From NCBI GenBank assembly GCA_963715335.1, contig CAVQRZ010000035.1, positions 1 to 15,224 of the forward strand: a stretch of 15,224 nucleotides of DNA, written 5' to 3'. A program made the position numbers and the translations under genes. Positions 8,109-15,224 of the stretch are shown one piece after another. Each line of letters starts with the position of its first letter. Position 1 is the stretch's first letter. The notes under the pieces were generated by a model, which saw only the letters and a list, made by a program, of their open reading frames with translations, did not search any database and was not told the DNA's origin. This stretch comes from an uncultured delta proteobacterium (GTDB lineage Bacteria > Desulfobacterota > Desulfuromonadia > Desulfuromonadales > BM103).

Positions 8109-9515
8109 TCACTTTTTAAAGAGCATTTCAGCAGCATCGTAAAGCGTTTCGGACAAGGTCGGATGCGGGTGGATCGATTTACGCAGGTCCTCGCTCACGG
8201 CGGCCATTTCCATTGCCAGGACCCCTTCGGCAATCAGTTCACCGGCCCCGGGGCCGGCGACGGCGACACCGAGGACACGGTCCGTCTCGGGATCGACGAC
8301 CAGTTTGGTCATGCCGTCGTCACGGCCAAGCGTCAGAGTACGGCCGTTGCCGCGCCATGGCAGCTTGGCGGTTTTGACCTTGATCTTGCGCTCACGGGCC
8401 TCGGTCTCGGTCAGTCCGCACCAGGCGATTTCCGGGTCCGTAAAGACCACGGCCGGGATCGCGCGGGGATCGAACACCGCCGTCCTGCCGGCGGCGGCTT
8501 CGGCGGCAACGTTGGCTTCACCGTAGGCCTTGTGTGCCAGCATCGGTTCACCGGCGATATCGCCGATGGCAAAGATGTGAGATTCGGCGGTGCACATCTG
8601 GCTGTCAACTTCGACAAAGCCTTTCTCGTCGAGCTTGATCGAGGTTTTGTCGAGGCCGAGTTTTTCCGTGTTGGGCTTGCGGCCGATGGCGACCAGGACT
8701 TTGTCAAAGCGCTTTTTCGTCGTTTCTTTTTTGTTGTCGGTCATGGTCACCATAACCCCGTTCTTCTGCTCTTTGACCTCCTCGACTCTCGTGTTCAGCT
8801 TAATCGATGCAAATTTCCTGTCCAGACGCCGCTTGAGGATCGAAACCAGATCGCGATCGCAACCCGGCAGCAAACCGTCGGTCATTTCCACGACCGAAAC
8901 CTTGCTGCCCAGTGCGGCATAGACTGAACCAAGCTCCAGACCGATGTAACCGCCGCCGATCACCAGCAGCGAAGACGGCAGGTCAGTCAATTCCAGAGCC
9001 CCTGTGGAATCGATGATTTTTGAGCCGTCGGCATCAAGTCCTGGCAGCATGATCGGCCTCGACCCCGTCGCGAGAATCGCCTGTTCGAAGGTCATTTCGC
9101 CGGTTTCGCCGGCCACGGTTGTCACCGTCAGTGTGTTGGCGTCCTTGAACTTTGCCAGGCCACGAACGTAGGTGATCTTCAGCTTCTCAACTTTACTGCC
9201 GAGTCCCCCGGTCAGCTTACCGACGACCTCATCCTTCCAGTGGCGCACCCTGGCCAGGTCGATCTTGGGTTTGGCAAAGGTGACACCGATATCCGCTGAT
9301 TCCTCGGCCTCGGTGACCAGCTTGGCGACGTGCAGCAGCGCCTTGGATGGGATGCAGCCCCGATGCAGGCAGACGCCGCCCGGGTTCGCTTCGGGGTCGA
9401 TCAGTGTGACCTGCCTGCCCAGCTCAACAGCTCTGAATGCGGCGGCATAACCGCCCGGACCGGCACCGATGATAACCAGCTGGGCCTTTTCAGGGATCTC
9501 GCTGCTCTGGCTCAT
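8109..9515 (-). CDS. lpdA: Dihydrolipoamide dehydrogenase (E3)
   Basis: GAGPGG FAD motif, GGVCLHRGCIPSK redox disulfide, GGGYIG NAD motif, HPHPTLSE. Confidence 0.97.
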   Translation of the reverse strand: MSQSSEIPEKAQLVIIGAGPGGYAAAFRAVELGRQVTLIDPEANPGGVCLHRGCIPSKALLHVAKLVTEAEESADIGVTFAKPKIDLARVRHWKDEVVGKLTGGLGSKVEKLKITYVRGLAKFKDANTLTVTTVAGETGEMTFEQAILATGSRPIMLPGLDADGSKIIDSTGALELTDLPSSLLVIGGGYIGLELGSVYAALGSKVSVVEMTDGLLPGCDRDLVSILKRRLDRKFASIKLNTRVEEVKEQKNGVMVTMTDNKKETTKKRFDKVLVAIGRKPNTEKLGLDKTSIKLDEKGFVEVDSQMCTAESHIFAIGDIAGEPMLAHKAYGEANVAAEAAAGRTAVFDPRAIPAVVFTDPEIAWCGLTETEARERKIKVKTAKLPWRGNGRTLTLGRDDGMTKLVVDPETDRVLGVAVAGPGAGELIAEGVLAMEMAAVSEDLRKSIHPHPTLSETLYDAAEMLFKK

Positions 9516-9517
9516 GG

Positions 9518-10870
9518 CTATCCTTTCATGACAAGTTGCAGGGGGTTGTCGAGGGCTTCACAGATCCAGCGCAGGAAGCGGGCGCCGTCGGCACCGTCAA
9601 TAACGCGGTGGTCATAGGTCAGCGAAAGGGGCATGAGCAGACGGGGAACGAACTGTTCTCCATCCCACTCCGGCTGCAATGTCGCCGTCGAGACGCCAAG
9701 AATGGCGACCTGGGGTGCGTAGACGATCGGAGTGAAGGCCGTTCCGCCGACGCCACCGAGGTTGCTGATCGTAAAGGTACCGCCCTCCATGACGTCTGGC
9801 CCGATCTTGCGCTCGCGAGTTTTCTCAGCGATTTCGTTCAACTCGAGAGCCAGCGTTTCGATCCCTTTCCGGTCAGCATCGCGGATCACCGGGACCAGCA
9901 GGCCGACCGGCGTGTCGACGGCGACCCCGATGTGGATGTACTGCTTGAGAACCAGCTCCTTGCTGGCCAGGTCCAGGCTGCTGTTGAACCGTGGGAAGGC
10001 CTTCAAAGCGGCGGCACAGACCTTGACCAGGATGGCCGTCATCGTCAAGCGGTTCTCGCTGATTGCACGACGGTTGTATTCCTGGCGGAAGGCCTCGATT
10101 TCGGTAACCTGGGCGCTATCGTACTGGGTAACCATCGGAATCGTCGACCAGGCGTAGCCCATGGCGTCAGCCGTCAGCTCCCGGACCCGGGACAGCGGCT
10201 CCCTTGATATCTCACCCCACCGGCTGAAATCGGGCAGCGGTCGCTGGGCATGCAGACCGGGAAATTCGCCATGCACGGCAGGCAGAGGGCCACCGCCGGT
10301 AATCCGCTGCATGGTCACTTTGACGAAGCCGCGAACGTCTTTTTCACTGATCCTCCCACCCGGGCCGGTGCCCTGGACCTGGTAGATATCGACGCCAAGG
10401 TCGCGCGCCAGGCGGCGCACCGATGGCGCGGCCGGAGCAACCCGGTCACCGCGCCGAACCGTCTTAAGATCAATCTGGTCGGTGGCAGCAGACGGCGGAT
10501 CAGGGGCGGCAACCTTTTTCGCCGGTGTGGCTTTCTTTACTGCCGCTACAGGAGGTGAGGGCTTTTCTTCTGCCTCCGGCACCTCCTGTTCCGCCTGCGG
10601 CACAGGAATCGGAGCCTCGTCGGCCGGCGATGCCGCCGATTCGAGCAGCATGATCACGGCGCCGATCGCCACGCTGTCACCCACGGCGACCTTGATCTCG
10701 GCAACCTTGCCTTCCTGCGGCGAAGGGATGGCAATCACCGCCTTGTCGGTTTCAAACTCCAGCAGGGTCTGATCGACTTCGACAGTGTCGCCGACGGCAA
10801 CGGAAATATCGACAACGGTTCCCTGGGTTACGCCCTCGGACACTTCGGGGACTTTGATCTCGTGTTTCAT
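9518..10870 (-). CDS. aceF: Pyruvate dehydrogenase E2 dihydrolipoamide acetyltransferase, one lipoyl domain
   Basis: ETDKA lipoyl-Lys, Ala/Pro linker, PSBD AAPSVRRLARDLGVDI..V.GTGPGGRI, FTISNLG, DHRVIDG. Confidence 0.96.
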   Translation of the reverse strand: MKHEIKVPEVSEGVTQGTVVDISVAVGDTVEVDQTLLEFETDKAVIAIPSPQEGKVAEIKVAVGDSVAIGAVIMLLESAASPADEAPIPVPQAEQEVPEAEEKPSPPVAAVKKATPAKKVAAPDPPSAATDQIDLKTVRRGDRVAPAAPSVRRLARDLGVDIYQVQGTGPGGRISEKDVRGFVKVTMQRITGGGPLPAVHGEFPGLHAQRPLPDFSRWGEISREPLSRVRELTADAMGYAWSTIPMVTQYDSAQVTEIEAFRQEYNRRAISENRLTMTAILVKVCAAALKAFPRFNSSLDLASKELVLKQYIHIGVAVDTPVGLLVPVIRDADRKGIETLALELNEIAEKTRERKIGPDVMEGGTFTISNLGGVGGTAFTPIVYAPQVAILGVSTATLQPEWDGEQFVPRLLMPLSLTYDHRVIDGADGARFLRWICEALDNPLQLVMKG

Positions 10871-10878
10871 GTCATTCC

Positions 10879-13563
10879 CTAGTCATTGTGGGGATTCAGC
10901 TTCCCGGAGTTGATATCGAGGTCCTTGATCGCCTTGGTCACCACGCCGGACTCAATCTCGCCGGCCGCGGCCAGCTGCTTTAAGGCCGCAATCGCGATGT
11001 AGCGGTAATCGACCTCGAAGAAGTCCCGTAACTCTTCGCGGCCATCACTGCGCCCGAAGCCGTCCGTCCCCAGGCAATGCAGCGGACCGGGGAACCATTT
11101 TGATACCGAAGCCGGCAGAACCTTCATGTAATCCGATGCGGCGACAAAAACCCCCAGCTCTTTCGACAGCAGCTGCTGCAGGTACGGAACCCTGGCTTTC
11201 TTGCCCGAATTGAGGAGATTCCAGCGTTCGCATTCAATCGCATCGGTGTAGAGCTCCTTGTAGCTGGTCACGCTCCACACATCAGCAGCTATCTTGAATT
11301 TTTTCTCCAGCAACACCTGGGCCTTGAGTGCCTCGTTGAGAATTGCGCCGCTGCCCAGAAGGTGGGCTTTCGCCTTGGTCTTTTTCAGACTTGTCGGGCG
11401 GAACCGGTACATCCCCCTGACGATCCCCTCGCGAACGTCCTTGCCTTTCGGCATCGGCGGCATCAGGTAAGTCTCATTCATCACCGTGATGTAGTAGATC
11501 AGGTCTTCCTGGTGACAGTACATGCGGGTCAGGCCGTCATGGACGATCACCGCCATCTCGTAGGCAAACGCCGGGTCATAGGCCTTGATCCTGGTCGATG
11601 TCAGAGCCAGGACATGACTGTGACCGTCCTGGTGCTGTAGCCCTTCCCCGGCAAGGGTCGTCCGACCGGAGGTTGCGCCGATCAGAAAACCCCGGGCGCG
11701 GCTGTCACAGGCCTGCCAGATCAGGTCACCGACCCGCTGGAAGCCGAACATTGAGTAGAAGGTATAGAAGGGAATGGTCTGGACACCGTTGTTGGAATGC
11801 GCGGTGCCTGCGGCGATGAAGCTGGCCATGGAACCGGCTTCGCTCAAACCCTCTTCAAGGATCGCACCGGTCTTCTTCTCGTTGTAGTGGAGCAGGCTGC
11901 CCTTGTCGACCGGCTCGTAAAGTTGGCCGACGTGGCTGTAGATCCCGGCCTGACGGAAGAGCGCCTCCATACCGAAAGTGCGGGCCTCGTCTGGCACGAT
12001 CGGCACGATCAGCTTGCCCAGTTCCGGGTCACGCAGCAGCTTGGCCAGCATGTGCACGTAGGCCATGGTCGTTGCCAGTTCACGATCGCCCGAACCATCC
12101 AGGTACTCGCGGATCAAGCCATCGGTCTGGCAGGCGATGGGGTCGTTGCCGGGGAACCGCCTGGGCAGTGAGCCACCGAGCGCCGCGCGTCGTTCTTTAA
12201 GATACTGCATCTCCGGGCTGTCTTCTGCCGGGCGGTAGAAGGGCGCCTCGGCGATCTCGTCATCACTGACCGGGATATTGAAGCGGGTACGAAATTCCTT
12301 CAGTTCGTCCTCGTTAAGCTTTTTTTGCGAGTGGGTGATGTTCTTCCCCTCACCTGCCTCGCCAAGGCCGTAGCCTTTTATGGTATGGGCCAGAATAACT
12401 GTGGGCATCTCCGTTTGGGAAATCGCATCGTTGTAAGCGGCGTAGACCTTGTCCGGATCATGGCCACCGCGGGTCAGGCGGCCGAGTTGTTCATCACTGT
12501 AGCTTTCAACCAGCTTCAACAATTCCGGATATTTACCAAAAAAATGCTCGCGAACATAGTCCCCTTTCTTCAGGGTGAAGTGCTGCATCTCACCGTCAAG
12601 CACCTCGTCCATGCGCTTGACCAGCAGCCCGGTTTCGTCCTTCTCCAGCAGCTGGTCCCAGTCATCGCCCCAGATAACCTTGACAACATTCCAGCCGGCG
12701 CCACGGAAAGCCGCTTCCAGCTCCTGGATGATCTTGCCGTTACCGCGCACCGGGCCATCGAGGCGCTGCAGGTTGCAGTTGACGACAAAAATCAGGTTGT
12801 TGAGTTTCTCCCGTGAAGCCAAAGTGATCGCGCCGAGAGACTCTGGTTCGTCCATTTCGCCGTCACCGAGCATCGCCCAGACCTTGCGCCCGCTCGACTT
12901 GCGCAGCCCCCGATCAACCAGGTAATGGTTGAAACGCGCCTGATAGATCGCGGAGAGGGCAGTCAAGCCCATGGAGACTGTGGGGAACTCCCAGAACTCC
13001 GGCATCAGGAAAGGGTGAGGATATGAGGAGAGTCCCCCTTCGGGCGCCAACTCATTACGGAACCGTTCCAGGTCTTCTTTAGTGAGACGCCCCTCGAGGA
13101 AGGCGCGGGCGTAGACCCCTGGAGCCGCATGCCCCTGGAAATAGACCATATCGCCGAGAAAATCGTCGGTCCGCCCGCGCCAGAAGTGGTTGAAACCAAC
13201 CTCCCAGAGCGTCGCGACCGAGGCGTAAGTCGAAATATGGCCACCGATCCCTGATTTCTCGCGGTTGGCCCGTACCACCATGGCCATGGCGTTCCAGCGG
13301 ATAATCGACTTGATGCGCCGTTCGATCTCACGGTTGCCGGGATAAATCGGCTGCTTGTCTCGGGGGATGGTGTTGATGTAGGGCGTATTGGCGGTAAAGG
13401 GGATACTGACGCCCTGTTCCTGGGCTCTGACCTGTAAAAGTCGCAGCAGCTCGCGAACCCGCTCTTCGCCCTGGGTCTGCAAAACGTAATCGAGGGATTC
13501 TCGCCATTCGGAATTTTCAATATCCAGCAGATCGTTAGTTGTTTTTTGTATATCCGTTGCCAT
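10879..13563 (-). CDS. aceE: Pyruvate dehydrogenase E1, homodimeric type
   Basis: 894 aa. TPYINTIP, GGHISTY, YFQGH, SSYPHP, TVSMG, GDGEMDEPES...NCNLQRLDGP ThDP motif, GEGLQHQDG. GAGGAG SD. Confidence 0.98.
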   Translation of the reverse strand: MATDIQKTTNDLLDIENSEWRESLDYVLQTQGEERVRELLRLLQVRAQEQGVSIPFTANTPYINTIPRDKQPIYPGNREIERRIKSIIRWNAMAMVVRANREKSGIGGHISTYASVATLWEVGFNHFWRGRTDDFLGDMVYFQGHAAPGVYARAFLEGRLTKEDLERFRNELAPEGGLSSYPHPFLMPEFWEFPTVSMGLTALSAIYQARFNHYLVDRGLRKSSGRKVWAMLGDGEMDEPESLGAITLASREKLNNLIFVVNCNLQRLDGPVRGNGKIIQELEAAFRGAGWNVVKVIWGDDWDQLLEKDETGLLVKRMDEVLDGEMQHFTLKKGDYVREHFFGKYPELLKLVESYSDEQLGRLTRGGHDPDKVYAAYNDAISQTEMPTVILAHTIKGYGLGEAGEGKNITHSQKKLNEDELKEFRTRFNIPVSDDEIAEAPFYRPAEDSPEMQYLKERRAALGGSLPRRFPGNDPIACQTDGLIREYLDGSGDRELATTMAYVHMLAKLLRDPELGKLIVPIVPDEARTFGMEALFRQAGIYSHVGQLYEPVDKGSLLHYNEKKTGAILEEGLSEAGSMASFIAAGTAHSNNGVQTIPFYTFYSMFGFQRVGDLIWQACDSRARGFLIGATSGRTTLAGEGLQHQDGHSHVLALTSTRIKAYDPAFAYEMAVIVHDGLTRMYCHQEDLIYYITVMNETYLMPPMPKGKDVREGIVRGMYRFRPTSLKKTKAKAHLLGSGAILNEALKAQVLLEKKFKIAADVWSVTSYKELYTDAIECERWNLLNSGKKARVPYLQQLLSKELGVFVAASDYMKVLPASVSKWFPGPLHCLGTDGFGRSDGREELRDFFEVDYRYIAIAALKQLAAAGEIESGVVTKAIKDLDINSGKLNPHND

Positions 13564-13684
13564 TGATGCAACTCCTCATATCTGCTAAAGGGATAGAAAT
13601 ATTATTTTCGTTGTTCAACAGGTTTACTGAAAAAAACCACTATTAGAATTTACCTGATATTTGGCGGTTGACCAGAATTAAGGG

Positions 13685-13735
13685 TGTAAAATGTATCATT
13701 TTCCCGGGCAAATGATGAAATTGTTTAATTTTACA
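13685..13735. promoter_or_regulatory. Nested dyad in the AT-rich aceE upstream region (candidate operator)
   Basis: ATCATTT (13695-13701)/AAATGAT (13710-13716) inside TGTAAAAT (13685-13692)/ATTTTACA (13728-13735). Overlaps a minus-strand TGaTACATT extended -10 candidate. Confidence 0.3.
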
Positions 13736-13813
13736 TAAGGCTTTTAAATCTGGCGAAAAAAGCAAATATGAAACCGGCAGCACGCGACTCGCCGGTTCTG
13801 GTTTTATGTTTTT
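13729..13813 (+). repeat. Module M1: degenerate double-hairpin repeat, same orientation as M3
   Basis: 13785-13812 matches 14331-14358 at 23/28 positions ungapped. Stems CATA/TATG, GCTTTT/AAAAGC and AACCGGC/GCCGGTT. Confidence 0.65.
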
Positions 13814-13843
13814 GGAAATGCGATTAAAAACACAAAGCCAATC

Positions 13844-13921
13844 AAAATCAGAACCGTCGGGGTTGCCCGACAGCAACGTCATTTTCTTTGTAGCGACAAA
13901 GAAAACGAAGCAAAAGAAAAC
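13844..13921 (-). repeat. Module M2: double-hairpin repeat with purine mirror repeat
   Basis: GTCGGG/CCCGAC (13856-13871), TTTTCTTTGT/ACAAAGAAAA (13882-13905), mirror repeat 13898-13919. Confidence 0.75.
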
Positions 13922-13982
13922 TTGGCGCTGCGCTGGGCATGTATGCGCCAGTCTTGAGTTGATCCTCAAACAAAACAGCCAC

Positions 13983-14235
13983 TTCCAGTGACCTCCCGAC
14001 GACCAACATTACCTCGGCGGAGCCCCATTTTGTTGGGGCCCCGTTGCACGCCTGAGAGTGCATCCACACAAGCAACAGCTCAGCCTGCCGAAAGATTCTG
14101 CGGAAAAGCCAGAGTCCGGTTCGTAACTGTCGGTGACAAGATCTCTCATCAGCGTAATCCTTGCACCCCATGTTGAGACCAGTGCGGCGAGGCCCCATGC
14201 AACGGGCCGGCTCGTCTCCGCTGCTGTTCCTGGAA
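13983..14235. other. Nested multi-helix core (candidate ncRNA or folded ssDNA)
   Basis: Six mutually compatible long-range helices of 6-9 bp converging on an apex near 14105 (listed in findings). Confidence 0.5.
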
Positions 14236-14282
14236 ACCATGGAAAGCTGGCAAACGTCCATAGCTCTCTGCTAAGAGAAGGC

Positions 14283-14358
14283 ACTTTTGCATACTTTTGT
14301 TGCCGGACAAAAGTATGGCGTCCGGCGGGACGACCCGCCGGTTTTGACTTAATGTTTT
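14283..14358 (+). repeat. Module M3: double-hairpin repeat, terminator-like on +
   Basis: Perfect 11-bp CATACTTTTGT/ACAAAAGTATG (14290-14317) and perfect 8-bp CCGGCGGG/CCCGCCGG (14322-14341), followed by TTTTGACTT. Confidence 0.8.
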
Positions 14359-14379
14359 AGTGCAAAATTTATTGAACAG

Positions 14380-14412
14380 AAAAATTTAAGGGGCACTTCA
14401 AAGAAGTGCCCC
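14380..14412 (-). terminator. Rho-independent terminator of ilvD
   Basis: GGGGCACTTC-aaa-GAAGTGCCCC (14390-14412) followed on minus by TTAAATTTTT, 30 bp after the ilvD stop. Confidence 0.8.
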
Positions 14413-14442
14413 GCTCATGCCACTCAAAATCATCCAAGAAAA

Positions 14443-15224
14443 CTAGCTGGTCACAGCCCCCTTCGAAGCCGAAGAAACCAATTGGGCATATTTCGCCAAC
14501 ACCCCACGCGGGTAGCGCGGCTCCGGAGCCTGCCAGCGTGATCGACGTGACGCGATTTGCTGCTCATCAACCTTCAGGTTCAACACGCTACAGGCAAGAT
14601 CAATCTCGACCTCATCACCTTCCTCGACCAGGGCAATCACACCACCTACCTGCGCTTCCGGGGCGACGTGGCCGATCATGATGCCGTGGGTCCCACCGGA
14701 AAAACGACCGTCAGTCACCAGCGCGACATCCTTGCCGAGACCGGCACCCATCAAGGCCGCAGAGGGAGAGAGCATTTCCCGCATACCGGGCCCGCCCTTC
14801 GGCCCCTCGTAACGGATCACGATCACGTCACCGGCCTGGATCGCACCGCCGAGAATCGCCTCAAGCGCCTCTTCTTCCCGGTTGAATACCCGCGCCGGGC
14901 CGGCAAAACGGGTCATCTCCTTGCCGCTGAGCTTGATCACGCACCCCTCCTCAGCGAGGTTGCCGTGCAAAACCCGGATGTGCTGACTGGCTGGTGCGAA
15001 TGGCTTGCGAGGATGATGGAAAACGTCCTGGTCCTCCGGCCACGCTGGAGCATCAGCCAGGTTCTCTGCCATGGTTTTGCCGGTTACCGTAATGCAATCG
15101 CCATGCAGGTAGCCGTTATCCAGCAGGGTTTTCATCACCATCGGCAGGCCGCCAATTTCGTGCAGATCGTTCATCACGTACTGGCCGAACGGCTTGAAAT
15201 TGCCAAGCAGAGGCACCCGCGATG
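14443..15224 (-). CDS. ilvD: Dihydroxy-acid dehydratase, C-terminal part (5' end outside the window)
   Basis: [56 protein letters not shown]. Frame is open to the right edge. Confidence 0.96.
   Translation of the reverse strand, partial: SRVPLLGNFKPFGQYVMNDLHEIGGLPMVMKTLLDNGYLHGDCITVTGKTMAENLADAPAWPEDQDVFHHPRKPFAPASQHIRVLHGNLAEEGCVIKLSGKEMTRFAGPARVFNREEEALEAILGGAIQAGDVIVIRYEGPKGGPGMREMLSPSAALMGAGLGKDVALVTDGRFSGGTHGIMIGHVAPEAQVGGVIALVEEGDEVEIDLACSVLNLKVDEQQIASRRSRWQAPEPRYPRGVLAKYAQLVSSASKGAVTS

Larger units (their letters stand above)
13825..14360. mobile_element. Putative non-autonomous MITE/REPIN-like structured element bounded by inverted modules M2 and M3
   Basis: Structurally equivalent ends in inverted orientation around a non-coding, helix-dense interior. 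No transposase and no clear target duplication, so mobility is inferred only. Boundaries approximate. Confidence 0.45.

Noticed and set aside
495..13571. Long antisense or alternate-frame ORFs (495-1376, 2317-2955, 3513-4196, 8163-8927, 9536-10207, 13005-13571)
   Set aside because: Shadow ORFs of well-supported genes, expected at this GC content, with no motifs.
13664..13680. PdhR/GntR-like box (TGGTcaACC on minus) upstream of aceE
   Set aside because: Spacing is one base short of TGGT-N3-ACCA, the flanks do not match, and no GntR gene is adjacent.
14146..14152. CUGAUGA on the minus strand, as in a hammerhead ribozyme core
   Set aside because: The partner of the following GAG stem is not followed by GAAA, and no stem III/NUH arrangement can be built.
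13983..14235. 6S RNA, RNase P RNA, tmRNA or SRP identity for the structured core
   Set aside because: No GAGGAAAGUCC, no tRNA-like ends or tag ORF, no SRP loop motif, and not in the zapA-ygfA context common for 6S.
14242..14268. ATGGAC in a minus-strand loop suggesting TwoAYGGAY or a CsrA sponge
   Set aside because: Only one AYGGAY loop and no array of GGA hairpins.
13729..14358. CRISPR array
   Set aside because: Modules are divergent, alternate in orientation and are irregularly spaced; no cas genes.
13643..14360. ORFs 13643-13969, 13806-13991, 13848-14261, 13988-14176, 14009-14284, 14133-14360
   Set aside because: Mutually overlapping, no recognisable domains, composition dictated by hairpins and A/T tracts. 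None resembles a transposase.

Overview
Bacterial chromosomal window, about 55-60% GC by eye. Gene content and repeat style suggest Desulfuromonadales/Desulfobacterota (inference only). Left to right: 5' end of an unknown gene (-); a phage-type dNMP-kinase-like P-loop protein (-) with a strong terminator; a divergent + strand run of TRIC/YadS membrane protein, alpha/beta-hydrolase-OsmC fusion, 4-oxalocrotonate tautomerase, BdcA-like SDR, pirin and a small, probably secreted intradiol-dioxygenase-like protein; then, all on -, a YccM-like polyferredoxin, pdxB, lpdA, aceF, aceE, an ~880-bp intergenic region and the 3' part of ilvD. The most unusual signal is non-coding. The ilvD-aceE spacer holds three copies of a double-hairpin module in alternating orientation, one with a perfect purine mirror repeat (intrastrand triplex signature). 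Two of the modules bracket a ~250-nt core of nested long-range helices, suggesting a MITE/REPIN-like element or an unannotated structured RNA. A CRP/FNR-family (HcpR-like) site at class II promoter geometry precedes the apparently near-leaderless yccM-like gene. No CRISPR array, tRNA, rRNA, transposase or integrase was seen. All pairings were read by hand; no searches or folding programs were run.
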